Positions 16,646 to 26,890 of a stretch of DNA of 64,000 nt are shown in pieces; position 1 is the first letter of the stretch, and every line of letters begins with the position of its first letter. The notes below the pieces were generated by a model. The model made no database searches. It worked only from the letters and a program-made list of their open reading frames with translations, and was not told the origin of the DNA. The position numbers and the translations under genes were made by a program. The DNA comes from a virus (taxonomy: Duplodnaviria > Caudoviricetes): IMG/VR virus record IMGVR_UViG_3300027983_002389; one strand, given 5' to 3'.

Positions 16646-17569
16646 ATGTTAAAACATGCGACATATGAAAAAGTCAAACATCTAATTGGCACTCGACCCG
16701 GCATCATTGTAACCAACGCCTGCAATTTATCATGCGGTGGTTGTTATGCCCAATGTGGAAAATTCTCAAAGGAACAAATGTGGTTTATTTCGATGGATCA
16801 ATTCATCGAAAATCTTGAGTATATCATTGAATACATGTACCGTGGCAAAGTGATTTTGTTTAACGGTGAATCAGTCGATGTTAATTCTCAATCCAATGGC
16901 ATTGATTTGATTGGAGGAGAGCCAACTATTCATCCTGAATGGGGTAAAATTTGGGAACTCATAACGACAAAATATCAAAAAATAAAATTCTTGGTTTCGA
17001 CAAACGGCAGGATAAGTTTCCCACCAGCCAGCAATGTGGATTTTCATCTAGCATATAAAACCAAAACTGTGGGACTTGATTTCGTCTCAACCTTGGTGGC
17101 TCCAATAGATATTATTGGTAATCCAGATCGAAATTATTATTGGCAAACTGCTCAAACAGATTGTGGCATTTGGAAGTCGTTGGGGTGTGTTAATCCCATT
17201 TACAAAAATTCGATTTCTATTTGTTCAGTTGCTTCTTCCTGGAGCGATCTGTTGGATTTGGATTTATGCTGGCCGCTCACACCAGGAAAAAACCCATTTT
17301 CTGAATTAACAGACAAAGACATTAGAGCTATGGCCGAGCAGGTTTGCTATCGTTGTGGTTGGTCAAAAAAAATGGACTTACCTGAGAATCAGCAGTCACA
17401 GTTATATGATTTGGTGAGCGAAACCAATCTTGAAGTTTTGATTAAAAATCCTAGAAACAAACCGTACAAAGTGATTTCCCGAGAAGGAGATCAGTTGAAA
17501 CTTAGTGAGTTGAAAAATTCAAAAAACGACTTAGTGTCTTTGACGTACAAGGGAAGTGCGTTGTTGTGA
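16646..17569 (+). CDS. radical SAM protein
   Basis: CNLSCGGC, GGEPTIHP, STNG. Confidence 0.85.
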   Translation: MLKHATYEKVKHLIGTRPGIIVTNACNLSCGGCYAQCGKFSKEQMWFISMDQFIENLEYIIEYMYRGKVILFNGESVDVNSQSNGIDLIGGEPTIHPEWGKIWELITTKYQKIKFLVSTNGRISFPPASNVDFHLAYKTKTVGLDFVSTLVAPIDIIGNPDRNYYWQTAQTDCGIWKSLGCVNPIYKNSISICSVASSWSDLLDLDLCWPLTPGKNPFSELTDKDIRAMAEQVCYRCGWSKKMDLPENQQSQLYDLVSETNLEVLIKNPRNKPYKVISREGDQLKLSELKNSKNDLVSLTYKGSALL

Positions 17570-17602
17570 AATTTTGCTGGAGTCAATTTTCTACATAATT
17601 GC

Positions 17603-18187
17603 ATGTTAAAGTGTCAACCCATAGATTTATTTTGGCAGGACTTGGTTGATTGGCTCGTTTTTTTTGGGCATGATCGCAATCAGGTTGTATGCGGCTCAAT
17701 GCCAAAAGAGACGATTCTGCGTCTTTCTCAAATATTGACTGGTAATGGATTGCAGATTGGTGGTTTCGTTGGTGTGGCTCATTGTTGCTTGGCAAGGATG
17801 TTGTCCTACAAAGGCACAATTTGCACAGTGGACCCTAACTTAACTCATCGGGATATTAAAAATCCACTCCTTGTGCTTTTCCAACTTGTCCAACATTTTA
17901 ATCTGTCAAGCAATTCAATGTTGGTCTGTGGACATGCTAATGAGCAGATGAGAATATTCGCTGCGATGGGTATGAAATTTGATTTCATCATATTGGATGG
18001 AAATCATGATTACTCTTTTGTCGCAAATGAAATCAAGCTGGCCGATCCGATTCTCAAATCGGGCGGCTATTTGGTTTTAGATGACATTGACTATTGGGAT
18101 GGTCCTAAAAAGGCTATTGACGAAACCTTGCCGGGTTATGTCCGTATCGAACTGGACTCCAGAGCAGGACTTTTGCAGAAGAAATGA
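17603..18187 (+). CDS. class I SAM-dependent methyltransferase (Methyltransf_24-like)
   Basis: FDFIILDGNHDY...LKSGGYLVLDD. Confidence 0.8.
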   Translation: MLKCQPIDLFWQDLVDWLVFFGHDRNQVVCGSMPKETILRLSQILTGNGLQIGGFVGVAHCCLARMLSYKGTICTVDPNLTHRDIKNPLLVLFQLVQHFNLSSNSMLVCGHANEQMRIFAAMGMKFDFIILDGNHDYSFVANEIKLADPILKSGGYLVLDDIDYWDGPKKAIDETLPGYVRIELDSRAGLLQKK

Positions 18188-18222
18188 TACGCTCGTAAAA
18201 ACCACAAGTTATTTCTTGTGAC

Positions 18223-18251
18223 TTTACAACAGAAATAACCTGTGGTAGAAT
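18223..18251 (+). promoter_or_regulatory. sigma70-like promoter
   Basis: TTTACA-17-TAGAAT with TGG. Confidence 0.7.
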
Positions 18252-18365
18252 GGTTGGTCGGTAAAAATCACGTCTTTCTTGAAAAGTTCAATTTCCTTAA
18301 CTGAAATGTGATTGTGAATCCTAAATATCTTGGACTGCTTCGGTGGTCCAAGTGTTTAGGAATAT

Positions 18366-18440
18366 CGGGGTGTAGCTCAGTTTGGCTAGAGCGCTTGCTT
18401 TGGGAGCAAGAAGTCGCAGGTTCGAGTCCTGTCACCCCGA
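18366..18440 (+). tRNA. tRNA-Pro(TGG)
   Basis: Canonical cloverleaf. Confidence 0.92.
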
Positions 18441-18545
18441 CTTCGCCTAAGACAACCAGTGCTGGTCTTGGATGACGTAAAATGCTTAAATTCTGCGGTG
18501 TGACTGACAAGGAAAACCAACGATTCTGGTCGAGGCGATCTCATT

Positions 18546-18812
18546 ATGAAATTCAAACGTCGCAAGACTGACAAGGGATTTCTCTACATATTCTGGTGTC
18601 CAGGTTGTCGAGCAAACCATACATTTGATGTTCGGGACGGCGAATGGGAGTTTGATGGTGATTGGGAAAATCCAACTTTCTCGCCATCATTGAATCTCTT
18701 GCCACAAGGCGGTAGATGTCACCTATTTGTTAGGGAGGGCATTATTGAATTCTTGGGCGATTGCAATCATCATCTTAGAAGTCAGCAAGTCCCGATGGTT
18801 GAAATAGAATAA
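18546..18812 (+). CDS. DUF6527-like Zn-binding protein
   Basis: CPGC...H, W.FDGD...PTFSPS, CH.F...G.I.F..DC.H. Confidence 0.7.
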   Translation: MKFKRRKTDKGFLYIFWCPGCRANHTFDVRDGEWEFDGDWENPTFSPSLNLLPQGGRCHLFVREGIIEFLGDCNHHLRSQQVPMVEIE

Positions 18813-18950
18813 CCCGTCGTTCCTCTCCCGGAAACGGTGACGAACATAAGGGGCGGGTATATAAAGGGAATAAAGTCATTTACTTTGAGTTTGGAAATTC
18901 CGTAGCTCATATTTTTCTCATTTTCTTGAGATAAGTGAGCTACATATGGT

Positions 18951-19445
18951 ATGGAAAAACATGCTATTGAAGAACTTATTCAAATCAACCTTTCGCAAAG
19001 GGAGATCGCAGTCAAATTGGAATGTTCCCAATCAACTGTTAAATACTGGCTCAAACAGTTTGGGTTAAAAACAAGACAAGCCCAATACAACGAAAAATCG
19101 CAATTTGAGTGTGAGTGTGGCGAGAAAAATCCACATAAGTTTACAAACAGAGGCAAAGGGCGTGTTTGTAAAACTGTTTGTAAAAGTTGTCACTATAAAC
19201 AAAGAATTGAAAGATACCGTAGCAAGAAGCTAAAGGCTATCGAATATAAGGGTGGAAAATGCAAAAAATGTGGATACGATAAGTGTCCTGGTTCTTTGCA
19301 GTTCCATCACAGAAATCCATCTGAAAAAGACCCTAATTGGAAGCATGTTCGTAGTTGGAGTTTTTCTAAGACCAAAAAAGAACTTGATAAATGCGATTTG
19401 TTATGCGCTAATTGTCATGGTGAAGTTCATTGGGACGTGGTGTAA
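18951..19445 (+). CDS. HTH-HNH endonuclease
   Basis: LSQREIA HTH; YKGGKC..CGY, LQFHH, ELDKC.LLCANCH.E.H. Confidence 0.85.
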   Translation: MEKHAIEELIQINLSQREIAVKLECSQSTVKYWLKQFGLKTRQAQYNEKSQFECECGEKNPHKFTNRGKGRVCKTVCKSCHYKQRIERYRSKKLKAIEYKGGKCKKCGYDKCPGSLQFHHRNPSEKDPNWKHVRSWSFSKTKKELDKCDLLCANCHGEVHWDVV

Positions 19446-19503
19446 TTGGGAACACACAACAATGGCATTCAAGAGGTCAGGGGTTCAACTCCCCTCGGCT
19501 CCA
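19431..19503 (+). pseudogene. chimeric or broken tRNA-Ala(GGC)
   Basis: Loop ATGGCAT; anticodon stem halves CAACA/TCAAG do not pair; overlaps the HNH stop. Confidence 0.6.
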
Positions 19504-19529
19504 CTACCTCTGGTTGTTTACGACCGGAA

Positions 19530-19690
19530 GGCTGAATCAACAGTGTATCGGTCGTATTACGACTGATGGGGACTTCGGATCAGACCGGCTTTGGAATAAG
19601 CTAACTCGCAGGGCGTAGCTTCGTGCAACATTCGTCCCGGTAAAACCGTTCTTCGGATGCCCATATCGGAGGCTGTATTGGTTGTCAGTC
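19530..19690 (+). ncRNA. putative structured RNA
   Basis: GGCTGA..CAACAGTGTA pairs with TGTATTGGTTGTCAGTC; internal hairpin ATCGGTCGT-ATT-ACGACTGAT. Confidence 0.45.
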
Positions 19691-19728
19691 ACCCACTCTG
19701 GAGAATCAACAAATTGGTCCGACTTTAT

Positions 19729-19799
19729 ACCCGATTGGTGAAACGGTATCACACCACTATGACACGGTGATGTCAGAGGTTCGACTCCTCTATCGGGTA
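19729..19799 (+). tRNA. tRNA-Val(GAC)
   Basis: Loop ATGACAC. Confidence 0.8.
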
Positions 19800-19804
19800 C
19801 TATC

Positions 19805-20143
19805 TTGAACACGACATGGCTACTCACAATTCCAGCATTCCTAGTATTCTGTGCCGGTGCTTATTGCACTTACAATAAAGGCATCAGAGAGTCCTGGATA
19901 TATTTTCCCGTCTACGTTGGCTTGTCGCTCATCTCTTCATTTATTTGGGTTTTCGTCGCTCGCCGACTTGATACCACAAATAATCTTCTCTTGTTCTCTT
20001 TGGTTTGGGACGTATTGATGGTGCTGGCGTATTACGCTGGTCCTCTCGTCTTCAAAGGTGAGAACCTAAGTTGGCAGGCATATGCAGCCGCCGCTCTCAC
20101 TGTAACCGGCATATGTTGGTTCAAAATCGCCATTGGCGATTAG
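19805..20143 (+). CDS. small 4-TM membrane protein (SMR/DMT-like)
   Basis: Four hydrophobic segments. Confidence 0.6.
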   Translation: MNTTWLLTIPAFLVFCAGAYCTYNKGIRESWIYFPVYVGLSLISSFIWVFVARRLDTTNNLLLFSLVWDVLMVLAYYAGPLVFKGENLSWQAYAAAALTVTGICWFKIAIGD

Positions 20144-20425
20144 TTTGTGTTTTCACCGTTCCAGAAAACCTACGGAAATCTGGTTCAAGCAACTAACCAC
20201 CTTCACCCTGGTAAGGAAGTCTATGTCCGGAATTTGCAGTAGACATATTGAAAAAGTAATTGGTTGCCCGTTGTGTGATAGCACACCTTCCGACGTACTG
20301 ACTAATTTTGGTTGGCTCGTCCATCCACGATGACACCTATACCGGCTACAAGTGTTGGGAAGGTTATTTTGAAAACTTTGAACTTTGTGAAGTTCAAAAA
20401 ATGACAGTGCAAGGATAGGTTAAAA

Positions 20426-21169
20426 ATGGCAGTCAATTGTGGACCAGTGGGCAGCTTCATAATTCGCATTTGCCCTCCATTGAAGGGTAAAAAGTTTTGC
20501 TTGCAAATTCGCAATCATCGAGTGGGCAGCAATACTTTTCAATGCCACAAAGAGGTCGTTGACAATAAGTGGCAAGGCGAATGTGTCATCTGCGATCAAT
20601 GCAACAAGTTCTACAAAGAACATTTTGACAATGACGGTTTAGGCTTTCTTGCTGCTCCGCATGATAAGCCTCGGTTCTTTTCAGGCAGTGTCGAAGATTT
20701 TAAGCGTGAACTCAATTCGATCAAGCCTAGCGAACGCTATTACTTCAACAGCATTGTGCGAGGCGAAGAAGAACGTGGTGTTCTAAATTGGTCCTGTGGT
20801 AAAACCATATACGCCAAAATCCTGGAAGGCATTGTCGGAAACGAAAGTAATCCAAATGTGGTTGCTCTAGGCGATATAACCGACCCTAAGAAGGGATTTG
20901 ATCTGCATGTCAGAAGGACTATCAAAAATACCGATAATGGACCATGGCCAGATTATTCGAGTTCGCAGTTCCTTCCATCAACACCAATGGGTAAACCCAA
21001 GCAGGTTAAATTGTGGCTGGCTCAATTGCGTGACTTGACCGCTCTGCGTATTCTTTCTTCTAAAGAAGATATGATAGACGCTATGGAAGATGTTTTTGGG
21101 CATCTTGGTCCTGTGAACTCAAAGCAAAAATATCGTTCCATTTCTGATCCATTTGTTCCTTCTTGGTAA
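20426..21169 (+). CDS. T4 gp32-like single-stranded DNA-binding protein
   Basis: C..C, RYYFN.IVR, GKTIY.KI, DITDP..GFD, WPDY..S.F. Confidence 0.7.
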   Translation: MAVNCGPVGSFIIRICPPLKGKKFCLQIRNHRVGSNTFQCHKEVVDNKWQGECVICDQCNKFYKEHFDNDGLGFLAAPHDKPRFFSGSVEDFKRELNSIKPSERYYFNSIVRGEEERGVLNWSCGKTIYAKILEGIVGNESNPNVVALGDITDPKKGFDLHVRRTIKNTDNGPWPDYSSSQFLPSTPMGKPKQVKLWLAQLRDLTALRILSSKEDMIDAMEDVFGHLGPVNSKQKYRSISDPFVPSW

Positions 21170-21179
21170 TATATAAGAT

Positions 21180-21590
21180 ATGCTCCCTAGCAAGCTGAAA
21201 CTGTATTTTGACGGATCATGCGAGCCAAAGAACCCCGGTGGAATAGCCGGGTATGGATGGCGTCTAGTTGACATGGATGGCAACGAGGTCGATACAGACC
21301 GTGGTGAGGTCTGCCGGGGTCCGGGAGCAACAAATAACATTGCTGAATGGGCGGCGGTAACGAATGGACTGCGTTACCTTAAAGAAAAAGAATGGCAAGG
21401 CACACTGGAAATATTCGGTGATTCCCAACTTGTCATTCGTCAATTGCTTGGGGAATATAAGGTCCGCAAGGACACCTTAATCCCATATCACAAAGAATGT
21501 GTGTCTCTTTTGGAAAACCTTCAGTGGAAGGCAATTTGGATTCCCAGAGAACAAAATGAGGAATGTGATCGACTTTCTAAGCACGGCTGA
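21180..21590 (+). CDS. rnhA: ribonuclease HI
   Basis: YFDGS..NPG, TNNIAE, GDSQLV, WIPREQN..CD.LS. Confidence 0.9.
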   Translation: MLPSKLKLYFDGSCEPKNPGGIAGYGWRLVDMDGNEVDTDRGEVCRGPGATNNIAEWAAVTNGLRYLKEKEWQGTLEIFGDSQLVIRQLLGEYKVRKDTLIPYHKECVSLLENLQWKAIWIPREQNEECDRLSKHG

Positions 21591-21651
21591 TTGATCGAGG
21601 TTTAATTCTCCCATATAATTGGATATTCCAGTTTCAAATAGGGAGATCAAC

Positions 21652-22899
21652 ATGCAGGTCAATTATCGTGTTTCGGCTTCGGGCTATCCTGTTTACCACG
21701 TTCAAATGAAAGATGCCTCCGTTTGTGAGGCACATATCGTTTCTAATTGCGGGTCTTCCCATGAAGACCCTGATTCTTGGGGCGTGGCACACTTCCTGGA
21801 GCATATGTGCTTCCAAGGAACTCCTACCAAGAATAAACACCAAGTAAGTCGTGAACAGTCGTTAGTTGGTTCGTACAACGCATATACGAATCAATTCAAT
21901 ACTGTCTATCACTTTGACTCACTCAACGAAGACTTCGAGAAGGGCTTTGGACTTCTTAAAGAGGCCGTCTTTGATTCTTGTTATCCTGAAAAGGAATTTG
22001 AGAAAGAAAAGAGCGTAATCATCGAGGAGTGGAGGATGTATGACAATTATCCCTCGGAACACTTCTCTGACTACATTCTTGAAAAATGCTACGGTGCTGC
22101 TGAAGGACACCCGATCATTGGCACGGAAGAGTCCATCCAGTGCATGAACCCTGAAAAGTTGCATCGGTTCAGGAACAAGTGGTATGGCAAAAACAATATC
22201 TTTGTTGTTATTGTCGGGAATCTGGACTTCGAGAAGGTGATGGAAGTTGTCGATAAGACGCTCCCGCCAGCACCAGATGTTGAAACCAGTCCTATTTGTT
22301 TGAATGATTTCTTTGCAGACCAGCCGAAGTATAAATTCGAGACTGATCGCTTTGAACAAGCTGCGTTTGGTCTAGTCAGCAAGTGGCCATCGCCAAAAGA
22401 GGTTTATAAGAATCGCTATATTGCGAGCTTCTTTTCCTCTGCTTTGTCCAAGTATATGTATGAGTATATTCGAGATGACCTGGGTTTGTGTTATGGAGTA
22501 TGGAACAGTCGTTTCCGTCACTTCGATAATTCTTACTTGATGATCTCGATGCTCACCAATAATGGATATTTGGAAAAGGCTGAAACCGAGTTGGAGAATT
22601 TGTTCTCCAAAATCAAATCGGAAGGCTTCCCAAATGAAGTCTTTGAGATCGCCAAGAAGAAACTGACCTACAATCAAGTCAAGACGCTGGACAACGTAAG
22701 TGGCATTGCCGGATCGGTTGTGAATAGCGTGCTTGGTTCCGCTGACAAAGACTGGTTTCTGTCAGAAGGACAAAAGGGCATGGACCCTGCTTGGTTGAAG
22801 TCGGTTGCTGCTCAACTGAGCCAGGACGACCTCAAGGAATTTGCCAACAATTGGCTTGGTGGTTTCACCAAGTTTGCGATGGTTTCCACCAAGAAGTAA
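21652..22899 (+). CDS. M16 family zinc peptidase
   Basis: GVAHFLEHM.F.GT, NAYT, EK.VIIEE. Confidence 0.9.
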   Translation: MQVNYRVSASGYPVYHVQMKDASVCEAHIVSNCGSSHEDPDSWGVAHFLEHMCFQGTPTKNKHQVSREQSLVGSYNAYTNQFNTVYHFDSLNEDFEKGFGLLKEAVFDSCYPEKEFEKEKSVIIEEWRMYDNYPSEHFSDYILEKCYGAAEGHPIIGTEESIQCMNPEKLHRFRNKWYGKNNIFVVIVGNLDFEKVMEVVDKTLPPAPDVETSPICLNDFFADQPKYKFETDRFEQAAFGLVSKWPSPKEVYKNRYIASFFSSALSKYMYEYIRDDLGLCYGVWNSRFRHFDNSYLMISMLTNNGYLEKAETELENLFSKIKSEGFPNEVFEIAKKKLTYNQVKTLDNVSGIAGSVVNSVLGSADKDWFLSEGQKGMDPAWLKSVAAQLSQDDLKEFANNWLGGFTKFAMVSTKK

Positions 22900-22948
22900 T
22901 TTACAGTCTTCGCATCCTGTGATATCATTGGAGGTAAGGAACCCAACC

Positions 22949-23455
22949 ATGAAATACGTTGAAGCATTCTCAATGGAACACGCCGCCCAATATCGTGGCG
23001 GGCCTCTTGGCAATATCGAGCCTGGAGAGAACAGCTTATTCCTTGGTGGTGGCATCACAGGTTGCATTGATTGGCAAGCTGAGATGTGTCGCTTGTTGAA
23101 GGACACCGATCTCGTGCTTATCAATCCTCGGCGAAAGCATTGGCCGATGAATGATCCAAACGTATCTGACAAACAGATCAGGTGGGAACACGAGCATCTT
23201 CAGACGGCGAACATGATTATGTTCTGGTTCGCCCCTGAAACGCTTTGCCCGATCACCTTGTTTGAGTATGGCAAGTGGTTGGTTCGCAATAAGCCTTTGT
23301 TTGTAGGGTGCGACCCGGAATACGTGCGGCTGTTGGATGTTCAAGTGCAGACGGCGCTGGAGCGACCTTTTTTGAAGGTCATGACCAGTCTCGAAGAGGT
23401 TGCAGATAGCATTCTTCTGCACATTGACAGGTATACGCCAACCGAGTTTTGCTAA
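22949..23455 (+). CDS. nucleoside 2-deoxyribosyltransferase-like protein
   Basis: LFLGGGI...DWQ, NPRR, QI.WE, PITL.E.G; promoter TTTACA-17-TATCAT at 22900-22928. Confidence 0.8.
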   Translation: MKYVEAFSMEHAAQYRGGPLGNIEPGENSLFLGGGITGCIDWQAEMCRLLKDTDLVLINPRRKHWPMNDPNVSDKQIRWEHEHLQTANMIMFWFAPETLCPITLFEYGKWLVRNKPLFVGCDPEYVRLLDVQVQTALERPFLKVMTSLEEVADSILLHIDRYTPTEFC

Positions 23456-23544
23456 TGCCAGTCACAACGATTGAAGAACTCTGGCACGAAATCCTTCATG
23501 GTTTCGTGCCAGAATCAAAGGCTTATTACAGAACTGAATATTAA

Positions 23545-23784
23545 ATGGGGCAAGCAGTTGCTACATATGCTGATAATGAGACTTTCATGATGTCGCCAGA
23601 ACTGAAGATGTATATTCCAAAGATTCTTCAGGCTTGCCGAGATTGGGGTCTGGACTTCTATCTAACTGTGCCAGTGTTTCCAAAAGATAAGTGCCACATG
23701 GATGAACTCAACACACCTGTCGAACACAATGAACGACTTGCAACTGTGCCAGTCTTCAATGAACCTTTTACGCTTCTTGAATAA
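23545..23784 (+). pseudogene. probable SpoVR-family N-terminal fragment
   Basis: PEL...IPKI...CRDWGLDFY resembles SpoVR N-termini, then the similarity ends. Confidence 0.4.
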
Positions 23785-23788
23785 ATAT

Positions 23789-23858
23789 GTCTCGGCCTGC
23801 GGATCAGGCGTTGGGCCTCCGAAGCCCGAATGAAAAAGTTCGACTCTTTTCCGAGATA
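23789..23858 (+). tRNA. atypical tRNA-Arg(CCG)
   Basis: Loop CTCCGAA; same fold as 9902. Confidence 0.75.
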
Positions 23859-23863
23859 CTTAT

Positions 23864-23931
23864 GCCCCAGCCGTCGAACGGAGCCAGCGGTTCTAACGCA
23901 GGCGTAGTAGGTTTAACTCCTACCTGGGGTA
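23864..23931 (+). tRNA. atypical tRNA-Arg(TCT)
   Basis: Loop GTTCTAA; very small D loop. Confidence 0.6.
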
Positions 23932-24142
23932 CTTTGAGTCAAATGCCATGATGGGAGTACATTCTTTTCAAATGACCCCTCTCATCAAATAATTTGTTGA
24001 CTCATTTTTCTTTATCAAGGGGATGGGCGTGTAATATGGCAGTCAAGAGGAGATTTGTGGAATGTGAATGCGGTGAGGTATTCACGGAAGGCAAAAATAA
24101 TCAACTTGAAGGCACAAACTGGGTTTAGCGAAAAATGATTAT

Positions 24143-24213
24143 GGCTCGTAAGTGTACCGGAAACACACTGGTCTTCGGAACCAGAAAAGCAGGTTCGATT
24201 CCTGCACGGGCTA
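24143..24213 (+). tRNA. tRNA-Arg(TCG)
   Basis: Loop CTTCGGA. Confidence 0.85.
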
Positions 24214-24264
24214 CTCATGAAATATGAAATATGAAAAGATGGAAAATTTGCGGTAGAATAAAGC

Positions 24265-24774
24265 ATGAACACTCAGTATTTTTTCATCCACATTGTTCTT
24301 CTTGTGATTTTGACGGTTGCCGCCCTTGTTGGTTCGGTGATTTTCGGAATCTCTTATTTTGGCGACACTGATCGAGCAAAACAGAAGAAACCAAAATGGG
24401 CGATCATATCGCTAGTTTGTGGTCTTTTGTTTTTTGGTGGGTTGGCATGGTTTATTGCATCGAGTAATGAGCCGTGGCGTCACGAATACACATCCTTGCA
24501 TGACGTGAAAGACGTAACATTCCCCGATGGATCAAAAGTTCAGATGTTTACTTGTGATAACACACACCACAATGTAACATCTATGTTCGGCAAAGTGGTT
24601 GACGAGAAGGAATGGCAAATGCGCCGAGTACGATGGAGTCCTTTGTATCTCGGAATAAGTTGGTCAACCTGTCAGCGTTGCACTCAAGGAGATTGCTTTT
24701 TTCTTGAACATAAAAAAGGCGAACAGCCCTCTATTGAGTTGACGCCAGAAAAAGAGGCTGAAAATCCTAAATAG
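24265..24774 (+). CDS. hypothetical membrane protein
   Basis: Two N-terminal TM segments. Confidence 0.65.
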   Translation: MNTQYFFIHIVLLVILTVAALVGSVIFGISYFGDTDRAKQKKPKWAIISLVCGLLFFGGLAWFIASSNEPWRHEYTSLHDVKDVTFPDGSKVQMFTCDNTHHNVTSMFGKVVDEKEWQMRRVRWSPLYLGISWSTCQRCTQGDCFFLEHKKGEQPSIELTPEKEAENPK

Positions 24775-24781
24775 TTTGTAA

Positions 24782-24854
24782 GCGGAATGCGCATAATGGC
24801 TGTTGCCCCTGATTTCCAATCAGGTCTGAATGGGTTCGATTCCCATATTCCGCA
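24782..24854 (+). tRNA. tRNA-Gly(TCC)
   Basis: Loop TTTCCAA. Confidence 0.8.
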
Positions 24855-24864
24855 TTGAACCCTT

Positions 24865-24936
24865 GCGGGTGTAACTCAGTGGTAGAGTTCCTGCCTTCCA
24901 AGCAGGTAGTCGTGGGTTCGAGTCCCATCGCCCGCT
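24865..24936 (+). tRNA. tRNA-Gly(TCC)
   Basis: Canonical cloverleaf. Confidence 0.92.
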
Positions 24937-24953
24937 CTCTCGAAAGTATATCC

Positions 24954-25322
24954 ATGAAAACTGAAGACCAAATCGTAGCAGAATTCCCCGACTATTTTCC
25001 TGATTTCCGTGGCGACCCAGGCAAGACGTGTCTTGCCTGGGGTATCGCCATTGGCGAAGGTTGGATGGAGTTATTCCATCAATTGTGTCGTGACATAAAA
25101 GCGGCGTTTCCAGAGAAATTTCAGTTCGAGCAAATCAAAGAAAAGTTTGGCGGCTTGCGGGTCTATTATGTGGGTGGCAATGAAGCCATTCATAATCTCG
25201 TATCGAAGGCTGAGAGGGATTCCTATGGTGTCTGTGAGGGCTGCGGCTCGAAAGAAGATGTCACATCAGATGGTGCTTGGATAACGACTCGTTGTGCAAA
25301 GTGCCGATCACCAAAGGTTTAA
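24954..25322 (+). CDS. conserved phage protein (QIKEKFGGLR family)
   Basis: GEGW, QIKEKFGGLRVY, CE.CG, W..T.C..C. Confidence 0.75.
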   Translation: MKTEDQIVAEFPDYFPDFRGDPGKTCLAWGIAIGEGWMELFHQLCRDIKAAFPEKFQFEQIKEKFGGLRVYYVGGNEAIHNLVSKAERDSYGVCEGCGSKEDVTSDGAWITTRCAKCRSPKV

Positions 25323-25329
25323 GGCTATC

Positions 25330-25728
25330 ATGCTGACTATCGATTCAATTCGTCAAAGGCTGACGGCCTTTTCTCTTTATAGTCCAGAACAAGTCGTGTA
25401 TTGCAAAGAGGGTGATGGTAACATCTATCTCAATTGGCAGACCGGCTCAATGTCGCCAAGAAATCGTGGGACATACTTTGATACGCAGGTGACGAACGGG
25501 ATGTTCTACTTGCTCCATATTGAGATCAATCAAGAATATCGTGGTCAAGGATTGGGGTTTCAACTGTATAACATCATTGAGGAAATTGCCAAAGACTCAG
25601 GAAGTCATACAATTGAGATGACTCCTTCCGGCTGGACAACGACTAGGGAATCTAGGATGGCTTATGTTTGTCGTAAGCTGCACTATCGTCCCCAAGGTAT
25701 TGTCGCCGTTAAGAAATTGCGAGACTAA
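25330..25728 (+). CDS. GNAT-like acetyltransferase
   Basis: I...YRGQGLG..LY acetyl-CoA-binding motif. Confidence 0.65.
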   Translation: MLTIDSIRQRLTAFSLYSPEQVVYCKEGDGNIYLNWQTGSMSPRNRGTYFDTQVTNGMFYLLHIEINQEYRGQGLGFQLYNIIEEIAKDSGSHTIEMTPSGWTTTRESRMAYVCRKLHYRPQGIVAVKKLRD

Positions 25729-25747
25729 ACCCTCCATGCCTCGTAAT

Positions 25748-25808
25748 GCCGACCATACATAAGCCGACCATACATAAGCCGACCATACATAAGCCGACCA
25801 TACATAAG
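25748..25808 (+). repeat. 15-bp tandem repeat x4 (GCCGACCATACATAA)
   Basis: Direct reading; upstream of the clpS SD. Confidence 0.9.
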
Positions 25809-25820
25809 GAGCGATTCAAC

Positions 25821-26147
25821 ATGAGTGAAACCATTGCACCCCCGGAGCCGAAAGTCGATAAAGATAAAAAGACGAAGCGTCAGCCGCCATATAACGTCAT
25901 TTTGATGAATGACGAATTTCACACAGTTGAATATGTCGTGGCACTATGCCAGAAGATATTTGGTTTTCCTGCGGAGAAAGGTCTACAGAAAGCCAAAGAA
26001 GTCCACAAACAGGGTCGTTCCATTTTGTGGACTGGTGCTTTTGAGTTGGCCGAGTTGAAGCAAGAACAAATACATTCTGTCGGAAAAGACCCGCAAGTAA
26101 AGAACTGCAAAGGCAGTATGACTGCGGTATTGGAACCGGCAGCGTAA
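25821..26147 (+). CDS. clpS: ATP-dependent Clp protease adaptor ClpS
   Basis: PPYNVILMNDEFHTVEYVV, EVH..G, E.AE.K. Confidence 0.9.
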   Translation: MSETIAPPEPKVDKDKKTKRQPPYNVILMNDEFHTVEYVVALCQKIFGFPAEKGLQKAKEVHKQGRSILWTGAFELAELKQEQIHSVGKDPQVKNCKGSMTAVLEPAA

Positions 26148-26158
26148 GGAGAACAACA

Positions 26159-26614
26159 ATGCGAGGAATTTTGGTTTCGTTGGTTGTCGTGGCTGGTTTT
26201 ATAATCGTGATCGCTTTGGTGCATCAGAAGCCTAGCGAGCCACAGCAAATTGCCATTATTTCAACAGAGTCCCCTGTTCCCGTCACGGTTGAGCCAAAAG
26301 AGTTAGAAGCTCCTTCGGCAACCATGAAAGCGCCGGAGCCAATCTTGATTACATCTTATAAAGATGTTAATCGAATTCCAGATGCCGGTCTTCGCACTTT
26401 TGTCCGTAGTAAAGCAGATTTCCGACGTGATAATGTTCTCTTCTTTGAGTGGAAGGGAGTTCCTGGCGATAAGATGACAGGCGAGATAAAAGACAAAAAA
26501 TATACAATCACATTGCATCCATCTCGAACTGCGTCGTTTGGACAAGAAGTTGTTCATCGTCAAATATTTGTCATTCCTGCTGCATATGCTTATGTTTGCG
26601 AAGTCGCCAAGTGA
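26159..26614 (+). CDS. hypothetical membrane-anchored protein
   Basis: N-terminal TM; AAGGAG SD. Confidence 0.65.
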   Translation: MRGILVSLVVVAGFIIVIALVHQKPSEPQQIAIISTESPVPVTVEPKELEAPSATMKAPEPILITSYKDVNRIPDAGLRTFVRSKADFRRDNVLFFEWKGVPGDKMTGEIKDKKYTITLHPSRTASFGQEVVHRQIFVIPAAYAYVCEVAK

Positions 26615-26890
26615 TATACTGTAATCATGAATCTTTGGCTCAAACTTGCCGTTGCACGAAGGATTGCAGCGGAACTGCAAATCAAGTATTGTGGTGCGTC
26701 GTACGGTGACGACTCTGATCCTATCGAAGATGAAATGATTGAACATCTTTGGACACATCCAGACTTCGATGACGATATGTGGCTCAACGTCCATTGGGAT
26801 GATTTTGAATGCGTCTGTTGGGTTCAAATTGGAGTCGGTCTTGAACTCGTTCCGAGGTAATGATGCCAAGAATCAGTAAGATCATCTGGA

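Noticed and set aside
19714-19722. GGTCCGA metazoan Y-RNA motif
   Set aside because: A short match with no partner strand found; probably chance.
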